A stretch of DNA of 63,752 nucleotides, the filler included, from Octopus bimaculoides (lineage: Eukaryota): NCBI RefSeq assembly GCF_001194135.2. It is 5 parts of 4 records of this genome, joined end to end, with 100 filler letters (N's around TTAATTAATTAA, not from the genome) between each part and the next. Parts side by side here need not be neighbours in the genome. Positions count along the whole stretch, not along the records: positions 24,336 to 52,536 come from NC_068987.1; positions 52,637 to 61,683 come from NC_068991.1; 3 more parts are not named here. One strand, given 5' to 3'. How positions within the stretch are numbered: position 1 is the first letter of the stretch; every line of letters begins with the position of its first letter. Of this stretch, positions 48,919 to 61,590 are shown in pieces. A program made the position numbers and the translations under genes. Under the pieces are notes generated by a model. The model had not been told where the DNA came from. It was given only the letters and a program-made list of their open reading frames with translations, and searched no databases.

Positions 48919-50673
48919 TAGCTGAGATACCTGGTGTTGCCCATGTTACATGGAATTGAAGAATTAGACTTTTCTTTTATATTTTCTCTAATGAACTAGA
49001 ATACCTATGATTCGAATTTCATCAAAATTCGAGATTAAGTATTTTAATGAGGGTTCTTTCCCTCTTTACACAACCTAACAGAAATTATAATAATGACATA
49101 TTTATCCCATACTACTCATCTTTATGCCCAGATTCCCAAATCCAAATTTTATAAAACCTATTTAAAGGTTTTTGGTCCTGAAAAATGGAGCACATGGAGC
49201 TCTAAAATGTGGGAGGTAAGGCCACTATAAAAGGGTGGGGTCTTAAAGTGAACCAGAGAAGTTAAATTGTTGGGAATCTTTTCTAACTTGTGTCATATCT
49301 ATTGTTAAAATTTCTTTGAAATCGGAAATGTATGAATGTTCAATGGGTTTGTAAAAGAGAGCAAAGCTACAGGAAACCAAAAGATGAATGATAACAATAA
49401 GCAGTGAGCTACCCTACCCTGGTTGTTACCACTCCTCAATGTAGGATTCCTCACCATACAGGTGACTGGCACAGCTGTAAGATGCATTATGGATCTATAG
49501 CAATTAGAAGGGCGTAACCCAACTCAAATAAACATTAACAACTGTGTAACATGAGGGCTAAGGGGAAATGAAAGTGTCACCTCTGGAGTTTGTCAATGAT
49601 CACTATGCCGATAGGTAACTGAACAGAATAAATTTGCAATCTATAAATCTCTTTGAATGACCAATCAATTATCTGGAAAGGCCTTGAAATCAATGTTACC
49701 ATCTGGGGACTATCTCTGACCCACTGATAATAAAAAGACTCAAAGGAGGTCTGCAACCAAATAACTTTACTCAACACTTTGTAACTGAATCAGTGGAGGC
49801 AAAGATGTATCTCCTTTACTTGACAATCTATGCACCACATTGCAGAAATCACAATCTAAATGTATCTCAAAGCAAACTCTTACACTGTTGTACCATTGAA
49901 TTACAAATAACGCTCATCTTTTATGCTTGGGTGACTCTGCAGCTTCCAAGACTACAATTGTATTCATCTTGGCTTAGGAAAAATGACTAAATTGTGGGGG
50001 GAAAGCCCCCATTAAAGGGTCTTACTAACTCCTAAGAAGTTGAAATTTTAGGAATATTACTTCATTTGCGTCTAATATCTATGGTCAAAATTTCATCAAC
50101 AGCAAAAGTATATGAATTTTCATGGGGGGGTTATGGCTTCATTTATGCCCCATCACTTTCAAAGATATATTGCTTTACATCTACCCCTACACATAGAATA
50201 TAATTTCCAAATTTCATAAAGATTCATTCAGTACTTTTGATTTTGTTTTGGATCATTAAAAAATGACTAAAATTTGGGAGTTAAGGACCCCATTTGGGGG
50301 TCTTAGAATCCTCATGAGAAGTGGAAACTTTGGGAATACTTCTTGATGTGTGTCAATTACCTATGGTTGAAATTTCATCAACATCGGAAATTTATGAATT
50401 TTCATGGGCGGGGTTCTTCCCCCTTTAAGCCCCCTCAAATTCAAACCAAACATACTGCATTATACCTGCCCTTATGCATTGAATCTAAGTTTCAAATATC
50501 ATAAGGATCCATTCAGTAATTTTGGTCCAAGAAATTGTATGCAACATATGGCATTACCCTTCTCCCTAGGCTTGGATTTTGCATTCCGAATTTCATTCGG
50601 ATTGGTTCAGTGGTTTTCAAGTCTATAAGTAACCCATGAACACACACAAAGACATTGACTTTTATATAATAGA
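48918..50673 (-). mobile_element. Non-autonomous Helitron (1756 bp)
   Basis: Minus strand A|TCTATTATATAAAAG...GGGCAACACCAGGTATCTCAGCTAG|T: 5' TC, 3' CTAG with a preceding hairpin-like GC segment, AT target and no TSD. Internal direct repeats (AAAATTTCATCAA...TATGAATTTTCATGGG; AAAATGACTAAA.T.TGGG). Confidence 0.85.
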
Positions 50674-51169
50674 TATATGCACATATACATACATGTGTGT
50701 GTGTGTGTGTATTTATATACAGAAAGATAGATTGATAGATATAATTGAGTGGGCAAGTAAAAATATGACACACTGCCTTGAAGAATGTCTTGTCGAATGA
50801 ATTGACCCCACTGCTTTTTTCTTATTTTGATAAGCCTGGTACTTATTCTGTCAGTCTCTTCCTGTCAAACCAGTAAGTTATGGGGATGTAAATAAACGAA
50901 CACCAGTTGTCAAGCAGTAATGAGGGAGAAACACAGACAAAGACACACACATACACTTATATACATATATATACAATGGATTTCTTTCAGTTTTTGTCTC
51001 CGAAATCCACTCACAAGGCTTTGGTTGGTCTGAGGCTATAGCAGAAGATACATGCCAAGTTACCATACAGTGAGACTAAACTCAGGACCATTTGCTTTGG
51101 AACCAAGTTTCTTACCACACAGCCACACCTGCACCTATATATATAATTTAGAGAAAAGAACCAAACTAT

Positions 51170-52300
51170 TGCATCGTTGAGATAAGTATTACTTTCAATA
51201 ATATTGTTAAATGTTTTTTATCATAGATTGGAAAAATATGTATTTTTATATTAATTCAATTGATATTTAATGTTAGCAGATATATTATTTAACACTAAGT
51301 CAATAGTATAAAGTTTAACATTTTTGTTTAAAACAAAACTTTGATTACTTTAGTTTAGTGTTGCATTTATTTCCAATAATATTGTTTACTATTTCTTTTT
51401 GATTTATGTGATAAATAAGTAGTTTTTTTAATATAATTTCTTTGATTATTAGTTAATATTCTAATTAAGGTTAAGTTACTTGTACAATATTTAAAATTTT
51501 ATTTAAACTAAAGATTCGGTTAGATAAGTTTTGTAATTCTTTTCAATAATTTTGTTAAATGTTTTTCATTTATTTAATGGTGATATAATTATTTTTATAC
51601 AAATTAATTTTTATATAAATTAATTTTTGTTATATTAAAATGAAAGTTATTTATATTACGTTTATAATTTTACTTTAGTTTAACCTAAAACTTCATTTAA
51701 ATTGTATTTTAAGCAAGAGATTTGTTAAGATAAGATTTGCATTTAATATTTCTGTTAGTTTATATTCTAATAAACGTAAAGTTAAGAATGTCATGTTTAT
51801 AATTTTCAATAAGATTAGTATTACATTTCTTTTTAAAATATCGTTTAACATTTTTCTATATTGATATAATAAGTATTTTTATATACATTCATTTGTTATT
51901 TATTGTTGGTAGATATATACATTCATTTTATTATTATTATTGCTGTAGTTTGACATGCAGATTAGCTATATTTTAGAATAGAATTGATTTTCGATCGATT
52001 TAATAATATTTTATTTTCTATTTGAAAACTTGGTTATGAAACACGTGTAGTCGTTTTATTATTATTATCTTATGATTTTTACTTTATATTTTATACTTAT
52101 TTATCGTGTATTTACTTATAATTTTTTTCTATATGTGACTGGATTTTCATGGATAAGTTCATGAACTTTAGTTCTTTTTCTAAATTATATATTATATATT
52201 ATATACTGTGATACTTAATTTAATTTTAACTTTTGATAAATTGAATTTAATTTAGTTTTTACCTGTAAATTTGGATTTTTATCCCTAATATTATTATTAT
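51170..52300. repeat. Very AT-rich degenerate tandem array (~170-180 bp period)
   Basis: CAATAAT(A/T)TTGTT(A/T)A recurs at about 51196, 51374 and 51544. Confidence 0.6.
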
Positions 52301-52310
52301 TATTATAATA

Positions 52311-52341
<31 letters not shown>

Positions 52342-52638
52342 CAAACAATAAGCAACACAGATTTCAAAAGTGATTGCAGTACGCACGTTTCATGCTACTT
52401 CAATTTATTTAAGTAATGTGAGCATTACCTTAAATGCAATATGAAGAGCAATCTTCAGCTGCACGAAAAAATGCAGAAAAAAGACATATTACAAATGTGG
52501 CAACATATTAAAACCAAGTGGGAGAGAGCATACATANNNNNNNNNNNNNNNNNNNNNNNNNNNNNNNNNNNNNNNNNNNNTTAATTAATTAANNNNNNNN
52601 NNNNNNNNNNNNNNNNNNNNNNNNNNNNNNNNNNNNAT

Positions 52639-52719
52639 TTACATTCGATACATATTTGTCCTCATCTTGTTTGTTGTTAACACAATGTTTTGGCTGATAT
52701 ACCCTCCAGCCTTCATCAG

Positions 52720-52757
<38 letters not shown>

Positions 52758-52897
52758 CATCGAAAAATACCTTAGGAATGAGAACCCAGGTTCGAAATTT
52801 CCCCAAGACACCTGAAGAAGGCTGGAGGGTATATCGGCCGAAATGTTGTGTTAACAACAAAGATGAGGACAAATATCCATCAAATGTAAATAATGTA
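52639..52897. mobile_element. Inverted pair of Penelope-type hammerhead repeats
   Basis: Plus 52807-52852 GACAC-CTGAAGA-aGGCTG...CGGCC-GAAA-TG-TT/GTGTT. Minus 52679-52722 CTGATGA-AGGCTG...CAGCC-AAAA. The arms extend through GTTAACAAC..AAGATGAGGACAAATAT. Confidence 0.8.
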
Positions 52898-53729
52898 ATT
52901 CAGAACTGTCAGCTGAGTGAACTGGAGCAATGTGAAATAAAGTGTCTTGCTCAAGGACATAATGCATTACCGGGAATTGAACTCACAGTCTTACAATTGC
53001 GAGCTGAATACTCTAACCACTAAGTCAGGCCCCTTCTCTTTGATGTACATGTTGTCTAATAGCAGGGCCTGCTAGAAATAGTAGCTAAAGTGCTAAATAA
53101 GAATTTGTAAGACATTGATTTAATTCCAAAATATGTGTTTTTGAGCAATACGTAATCCTGCTAGAAAGATAAAGACAAAATACAAGAAATATAGTTGCAA
53201 GCATAACTGTGTGGTTACAAAGTTTGGTTTGTTACTGCTTGATTTTAGGTTCAGTCCCACTGTGTGGCACCTCTGGTGAGTGCCTTCTTCTTTAGCCCCA
53301 AGTTGGCCAATACACACACATAGATATATGTGACTACAAACATATACATAAACCAACCAGTGTTGGTTTATTTACAACCTTGTAACTTAGCAATTTGGCA
53401 TAAAGAGAACGATAGAATAAATACGTGGCTTAAATAATGTTGGGGGTTGATATTAACTAAACTCTCCGAGGAGTGCTCCAGCGTGGTTGCAGTCCTACAA
53501 CTGAAACAAGAGTAAATGCAAAAAAAATTAATCCATATCTAATGAGGTATTTTGCAGTTATTTGAAACAAAATGAGAGTTAGGTCTGGTTGAGTTCATAT
53601 AAGACACTCTCTGACTGGTTCAGTCCACTTAATTAAATTATAGGTTGTTGCTTAATCTCATGTCAGCCTTGGTTAAGTAAACCTATGATGTAAAGCCTTC
53701 CATCTGTGACCATCCTGTTTTTATCCCAG

Positions 53730-53867
53730 ACACAATACCTCCTAGATCTCATTGTCCAACATGGCTTTCCTGTCAAAGATTGTCATGTGAGAGAAACTTT
53801 GGCTACTATTTCTAGCAAGACATACCATCAAGTGGATCATTTAGCTCATTTATTAGAGGTACTCCAA
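53730..53867 (+). CDS. Internal exon of an unidentified plus-strand gene (TQYLLDLIVQHGFPVKDCHVRETLATISSKTYHQVDHLAHLLEVLQ)
   Basis: Acceptor cctgtttttatcccag, donor CAA|gtaagt, 138 nt open, phase 0-0, unique protein-like sequence. Confidence 0.7.
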
Positions 53868-54671
53868 GTAAGTAGCGGGAACATTACATATAATTGATAA
53901 GAGTTTTAGTAATATGAATTGTCTCATTAGTTTTACATGGTCACAGCAACCTCATGAGTCATAGGAAACTGGTTTAGGAAAAAGAAATGTAAATTGTTTT
54001 TTAGTGTAATTTATATCAAATATTTTTTTTTTTTTTGCATACATTTAAGGAGTGGGAGGGGAGGATTAAAAAAAAAAAAGAAAATAGGTAGATCAGAATG
54101 TGAAATGTCAGTTCATATCTTAGTATCTTACCTTTTATTTAAAGTTTTTTTGTGTAATGCACAATTAGGTACTTGTTGTGTCCTTCTCTTTTGCCGAACT
54201 GTTAAGTCATGAGATGTAAACAAACTAACACTGGATGTCAGGTATGTGTGTACTGGGGCAAACACCAACACAAACACATGCACACACACATTTCGTGAGC
54301 TTCTGCACAGTTTCCATCCAAATTCACTCAGAAAGCATCGACCAGCCTAGGACTTGCCATGCGATGGAACTGAACCCAATGCTATGTGGTTACAAAGCGA
54401 GCTTCTTAACCACTCAGCCATACCTGTATCTATAATGGTCTTCTTTTCTATATGGCATACATCAAAGGAAACACAACCCCCAAAATGTCATCACACACAC
54501 CTACAGTGTGTGACTGTTATTCGTGCAATGGCTAATATACTTTTATTATTTTAAAATCTCGTCAAAAGCCAGTTTTCCACAAAATGGTTTATACATTTGT
54601 CAGCTAAGTAATTTCGTTTTTGGATTTGGTTTGCAAGATTCTTTATGTGAGTTTGTGTGTTGAAGCATATT

Positions 54672-54945
54672 CTGTTGTGTCTGGAGAGAGTCATTCTCTT
54701 TTAGTGCCCTTATAATTTAACACACTCACCGGTAATATTTCTACTCATTTACTTATTTATTTTTCTGAAATTTTCATTGAGTCTTCGAACCTTTCCAATG
54801 GTTGTTGACTCTGTCCCAACAAAGTCAACAACTATTGAAAAGGTTGCAAGATGCAATGAAAATTTCAGAAAGATTGGAAATTTTACCGGTGAGTGTGTTA
54901 AATTATAAGGCACTAAAAGAGAATGATTCTCCCCAGACACAACAG
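54672..54945. repeat. Long imperfect hairpin (~130-bp arms, 12-nt loop)
   Basis: ...CCTTTCCAATGGTTGTTGACT [CTGTCCCAACAA] AGTCAACAACTATTGAAAAGG...; outer arms CTGTTGTGTCTGG / CCAGACACAACAG. Confidence 0.92.
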
Positions 54946-56649
54946 CTAAATAATGTTTTATAAGTAAGAGACATTTGAACATGTTTGTACTTGGACTAGA
55001 CCTAAATCAATAAACTAGTTGCTGACAGTCCCAAGGAATAAGTTTGCCTGGTGAACACAATACATTAAGACACTATTGATATAAAGAGTAACAAACAACA
55101 CATACCTTGAGTTTTATTTAATATCACTGTAAAACTTAGCTCTCCTGGTAAGTGGCTTTTTGATACTTTAAACACAATATATTTGTTTGTTGTATGCCAC
55201 ATTTTCCGGCTTATAATTCATTGTAGTATATAACGTAAACATGTTGTGTAAACATGCAGACATTGTAAACTATATTTCCAAATCCTGCTGCATTTCACAC
55301 AGAATTTTTGTGTCTCCAAAGTCATCTTGGCATATGAGTTGACCTACTTCTTTTGGCTGTAAAATTTTGGTCGGAAAAACTCGACTTGTATGCTAGAAAA
55401 TACAGCAGTTGTGTATCTATATGTGTATACATGTATATTTAAATGTGTGTGTGTATGTTCTTTAATGGTGATGTATTCAATTGATAGCTATTGGAATTTT
55501 TTTCTTATGATTGATTCAGTCGTCTTAATATTAGTGAATACTAGAGATAAGAATGAGTGATTGGAGAAAATAATCACTTTATCTGAAGTAAAAATGAAAG
55601 AACACTTCTGCATTTGACAGCAGCTTGTAAAATAATATGTTTCTCATTAACATAATTCATGACAGTCATTAACATAATACATGATGGGCATTAACATAAT
55701 ATATGATATCAGTTGTTAAAGCATCAGAGAGAATACCTTGTGGTATTTGATCCAGTTCCCATGTATTCTGCATTCAAATCCTGTCAAAGCTTACATTGCT
55801 TTTGAGTTTGGTCCCTTTGGGTTAGTGTCTTCTCCTATAGCCCTGGGCCAACTGAAGCCTGGTGAATGAATTTGGTAGATGGAAACTGTGTGGAAGCTCA
55901 TTGTCTATATATATATGTGTGTGTGTGTGTTTGTGTTTGTCCTCCACTGCCACTTGACAGTTATTGTTGGTTTGTTTATGTTTCCCTGGAACTATAGCAG
56001 TTCTGCAAAAAAAGACTAATAAAAAAATATATATCAGGTTTAAAGAAATAAGTACTGGTTTCGATTTGTGCAGCTAAATCATTCAAGGTACTGCCCCAAC
56101 ATGGCCACAGCCCAATGACTGAAACAAGTAAAAGATAAAAGATAAGGAATGGTTTTAATCAGGTAAATTTTATGTGTAAAAGCAATTTCAAAGGTGTTGT
56201 TATCACCTGAGTAAAAAGTTATTTCCCTTGAATTGCATAAACATTAACAGCTCAATTTTCCTTTTCTTTTTTTTAAAAAATCTTTTACTTGTTTCAGTCA
56301 TTGGACTGTGACCATGCTGGAGCACTGCCTTGGAGGGTTTAATTACACAAAGAGATAAAAGTACTTAGTAGTTTTTTTTTTTTTATATATCGAAGTCTGG
56401 TACTTAGTCTATTGGTCTCTTTTGCCAAAATATTAAATCACAGGGTCGTAAACAAACCAACAACAGTTATCAACCTGTAGCAGACACACACACACACACA
56501 TAGTGTGTTTAAACCTAGCACATCCTTAAGAGATGTCTCCAGACAAATACCATAATTAATTTGTATTTGTCTTTTGCGATATATTTCTGTACGGTATGAT
56601 ACCCAGGTGGTTTCTGCATTATTATTCACACTGTTTTTGCTTAATTTTT

Positions 56650-57122
56650 TTTCTTTTCGTGGGGCAAGGTCCATATTTATTTTTGAGGATGTCAATTAAT
56701 CCATGCCAGGGCCACGGATTGGCTCCTGTGCTGGTGACACCTGAAAAGCACCATTCAAGCGTGATTGTTGCCAGCATTGCCTTATCGGCACATGTGTGAG
56801 TGGCACGTGAAAAACAACATTCAAGCGTGGTTGTTGCCAGTGCCGTTGGACTGGCTCCCCTGCGGGTAGCATGTAAAAACACCTTTTGAGCATGGTCGTT
56901 GCTAGTGTCACCTGAATGGGCTTCGTGCCGGTGGCATGTAAAAGCATCCACTACACTCTCTGAGTGGTTGGCGTTAGGAAGGGCATCCAGCTGTAGAAAC
57001 TCTGCCAGATCAGATTGAGCCTGGTGCAGCCTCTGGCTCACCAGTCCTCAGTCAAACCGTCCAACCCATGCCAGCATGGAAAGCGGACGTTAAACACTGA
57101 TGATGATGATGATGATGATGAC
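56650..57122 (+). mobile_element. RTE 3'UTR and tail ending in (GAT)n
   Basis: ~45-bp repeats followed by AAAGCATCCACTACACTCTC...GGACGTTAAAC(GAT)n. Confidence 0.85.
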
Positions 57123-57588
57123 ACAGGCATGGGTGTATGGTTAAGAAGCTTGCTTTGCAGCCACAGCATTCTGAGTTCAGTCCTACTTTGGGCAAATGTT
57201 TCCTACAATAGCCCTGTGCCAACCAATGCCTTGTGAGTTGATATGGTAGGCAGAAACCGTGTGAAAGCCCATTCTAGATGATGTGTGTGTGTGTGTGTGT
57301 GTGTGCGCACATGTGTCTTTTTGTCAGTGTTTGTCACCCCTCCATTTGCTGTCTGGCAACCAGTGTTGGTTGCTTTGTCACCATGACTTACCAGTTTGGC
57401 AAAAGAGACTGATAGAAAATTGAACCAAACTTTAAAAAAATAAAACAAAATAACATAGTTACCACAGTTGATTTGTCCAAATAAACCCTTCAAGGAAATG
57501 CCCCAGCATGGCCACAGTTCAATGACTGAAACGAGTAAAAGATCAAAGATATTATAAGATATACATTTTCTTCCTATATATATATAAG

Positions 57589-57695
57589 ATAAAAGAAAGA
57601 ACTTAAGAATGCAAACCGATAAAGACAGGATGGCAGAAGAAGAAAAGATTAAGAACCATCAATTTCAAGATGTTCTTGAAATTTATTTCATGCTG
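57589..57695 (+). CDS. Candidate exon of the same plus-strand gene (KRKNLRMQTDKDRMAEEEKIKNHQFQDVLEIYFML)
   Basis: Open frame in unique DNA ending CTG|gtatgt. The acceptor (ttttcttcctatatatatataag) is uncertain and its phase does not join the 53730 exon directly. Confidence 0.5.
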
Positions 57696-58384
57696 GTATG
57701 TAAAAATGAATTAAAAATTTAAAAGTGAAGGAAATGCTATCAAATAAGGATGACATACAACATAAGCCCTTACTCCCACCCGCACATACACACACACAAC
57801 ACACATGCAGGCACATACAATTTGAAGCCATGTTCCTAATTTAGAAATCATTGTTTTTTTGGGGTTTTTTTTAAGGTACAACTTCCATTTAACTACCAGC
57901 AGTAAGTTGCTATCTTTATTTAGCAGTAAATCTTTGTGACATATTTTAGGATTCCAATTTGCACAGAAAAGCTTTTATTTCAAAAAAAAAATAAATAAAT
58001 AAAATATATTTTTTTTATTAAAAAAAAGAACTGTGTGTGTGTGTATTCATAAAAGAAAAATTATCTATTTTAGTTCTAACTTACAGGATTTTTATATCCT
58101 TGAAGTATTCTTGGAAGTTTCTTTGAATTTAGAAAATTTAGAAAATTATATTTAAAATATAGTAAATTGGTTATAGATTTGTGTATGTGTGTGTGTGGTG
58201 GGGGTCCACCATTTGGCATCAGACAACAGCAGCTAGAGGTCAGTGAAAGAAGCACGGCAGTGATGTAATAAGAGGCAGCCTGTCTGAGAGAGAAAGAACG
58301 GAAGAAGACAATCTTAGAGTGAAGGAGGAAGCAATCAGGATTTTATCTTTGCCTTCAACTGAATGACGTATGTATGTATATATA

Positions 58385-58434
<50 letters not shown>

Positions 58435-61390
58435 NNNNNNNNNNNNNNNNNNNNNNNNNNNNNNNNNNNNNNNNNNNNNNNNNNNNNNNNNNNNNNNNNN
58501 NNNNNNNNNNNNNNNNNNNNNNNNNNNNNNNNNNNNNNNNNNNNNNNNNNNNNNNNNNNNNNNNNNNNNNNNNNNNNNNNNNNNNNNNNNNNNNNNNNNN
58601 NNNNNNNNNNNNNNNNNNNNNNNNNNNNNNNNNNNNNNNNNNNNNNNNNNNNNNNNNNNNNNNNNNNNNNNNNNNNNNNNNNNNNNNNNNNNNNNNNNNN
58701 NNNNNNNNNNNNNNNNNNNNNNNNNNNNNNNNNNNNNNNNNNNNNNNNNNNNNNNNNNNNNNNNNNNNNNNNNNNNNNNNNNNNNNNNNNNNNNNNNNNN
58801 NNNNNNNNNNNNNNNNNNNNNNNNNNNNNNNNNNNNNNNNNNNNNNNNNNNNNNNNNNNNNNNNNNNNNNNNNNNNNNNNNNNNNNNNNNNNNNNNNNNN
58901 NNNNNNNNNNNNNNNNNNNNNNNNNNNNNNNNNNNNNNNNNNNNNNNNNNNNNNNNNNNNNNNNNNNNNNNNNNNNNNNNNNNNNNNNNNNNNNNNNNNN
59001 NNNNNNNNNNNNNNNNNNNNNNNNNNNNNNNNNNNNNNNNNNNNNNNNNNNNNNNNNNNNTATATATATACATAGACACACACACATGTATATGTGTGTG
59101 TGTGTGTGTGTATATATATATACACACACACAAACATGATGAAGGGAACAAGGTGACTTGTATGTGGTAGCTTGACCTACAAAAAATGGCAGCTAGATCT
59201 CTTTCAAATCATATTCCCCTGTATTAAACCTGGGAAGGACATATGTTAGATAATGCAGCTGTAGGCATGAAGCTTGCTTTGCAACCACACCGCTACAGGT
59301 TCAGTCCCACAGCATAGCACCTTGAGTCTGCCTCTCACACAGCATCTCTCATCTGTAAGACTGTCCACTCACAGATGTTTGTTTTCTCACCTTTTTGTCT
59401 GCCTCTACATCTGCGACCTTTATTCCCCGAAGGATTGTTCTGGCTATCCCTGATTCAGGGTGGGTCACAGCACAATAGAACAGATTTTCTAATTAAGAAT
59501 TTTTTATGAGCCATATCTTCAACACCAGCAAGAACATTTTCATGTTTGTGGATGGGGCCAGATATGGCCGGTTTAAATGTCTGAAAATTGTTAATCTTCT
59601 CTCTATGAGATACTCCTTCCTAATCTAATTTTAAGAGACTGGTTCATTTAAAACTGTGGCTTATAATTTTCAATTTCAAGTACACCACCTCAAGCTAAGA
59701 AACTCTTTCTTGTATAAATCAGTCAGTGAAAATGAAAGATGACTTGTACTAGTATTAGCGCTGTATACTAAAGAGCAGAGAGTAATTATTAAAAGAAACG
59801 AGAAACAAAAGAAGAAAAGAAATGACTATAGGAAAATAACTGACCTATCACTCTAGTTACAATTTTAAATGTCATCATGTCAAGGTGGAAGTGAAAATAT
59901 TGTCACTGTCTATGCATGCTAGATTTTTTTTTTTGTTGAATTTCCATTGTCCATATGCTTAAAGGAAAGAATAATACCTGTTTGATGAGTCAGGTAAGAT
60001 GTTGAATAGAAAAACTGATGCTGTTATTATTATCGCTCAAAGCATATTAGTTCCTGCTCACTGCAGTTAGTGGGAGTGCCTAAATTTATAGATGTCCTTT
60101 TCTTTGTTACTCTTTGTTACTTTTTATGGGGGTTAGTGGATGGGGTTCAGAACAAGAAGTGTTTATTGTAGTCAGTCATGGTTTCATTGGCCAGACAAAA
60201 GCTCTTTGTTTTTTCCTTTTTTTTAAAATTTTTTTCCTAGTTTGAGAAGTAAGAGGGGGTAAAGGGCTTTGTTTTAGAAGATGAACCTTAATACTTGTTT
60301 GTTAAACGAAGCAAATGAGAAGAGGGGTTAAATTGTTTCCAAATGCACATGTCCTATTAGTTTATTCATATTCAATTAGGTCCAAGTGATTCATAGCCTT
60401 TTGGGTTTTGTTTTTCTGATCATTTAAACAATAAATAAATACTATTTTATGTCATTTNNNNNNNNNNTTGGAGCTTTCGTCACTGGACATTTTTTTTTTT
60501 ACTCTTTACTTGTTTTCAGTTAGTGGACTGTGGCCATGCTGGGGCACTGCCTTGACATTTTTAGTCAAACAAATTGAACCCAGTACTTGTTTTTATAAAG
60601 CATGGTGCTCATTCTATTGGAGCTACTTTTGCTGAACTGTCAAGTTACAGGGATGTAAACAAACTGTTGGGTTTATAAGAGTAATGTGTTGCCCCCCCCC
60701 CCACCATGCTAGTGCCATTTAAAAGTACCTGTGCTGGTGCCACATAAAAAGCACCCAGTTCATTCTGTAAAGTCGCTGGCATTTGGAAAGGCATCCAGCA
60801 ATAGAAACCATGCTAAAACAGACAATTGGAGCCTGGTGCAGCCAAAACAGACCACTGGAGCCCGGCTCCTACCAAACTATCCAATCCATACCAACATGAA
60901 AGACGGACGTCAAATGATGGTGGTGGTGGTGGTGGTGATGGCGGCGGTGACGGCGACGACGATGATGATGATGATGATAAGAGATATTTATCAGATATTT
61001 GATCTACTACAAGCTGCAGATGCTTCGTTGTCACTCTCACTATCAGAAATCTAGGGAGTGGTTTGTTGGGAACCTGTGACCCCATTAAAGCTAGTGTTCA
61101 ATTACACATGTATACTCTTTCATTGTGACACCATATATTGGTTTTATATAGACACAGGGATATCTCTTACAGGTATTATATATATGCATAGATATCTTCT
61201 TTCATCTGTTAGACTGTGGCCATGCTGGGGCACCACCTCAAAGAACTTTTTAATAAATTCACCCCCCCACCATACTTCTTTTCTTTTTTTTAGAGCCTGG
61301 TACTTATTTTATCAGTCTCTTTTGCCAAACTGCTAAGTTACAGGGATGTAAACACACCAACATTAGTTGTCAAGCAGTGGTGCAGGACAA

Positions 61391-61432
<42 letters not shown>

Positions 61433-61559
61433 ACACACAACAGGATTCTTCTAGTTTCCCTCTACCAATTGCACTTACTGAAGGTGTCACGCAGTCGGAC
61501 TGAACCAGGAACTATGTGGTTTGGAAGTGAACTTCTTACTATACAACCATGCCTGCACC

Positions 61560-61590
<31 letters not shown>

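Noticed and set aside
51170-52300. Mitochondrial insertion (NUMT) explanation for the AT-rich block
   Set aside because: No recognisable mitochondrial rRNA, tRNA or protein motifs seen by eye.
58220-58370. Purine-rich stretch ending at gtatgt (KKHGSDVIRG...LPSTE*)
   Set aside because: Bounded by stops and no compatible acceptor.
59983-60018. TGATGA...CTGA resembling a C/D snoRNA
   Set aside because: Only 36 nt between the boxes, no terminal stem and no recognisable rRNA guide.
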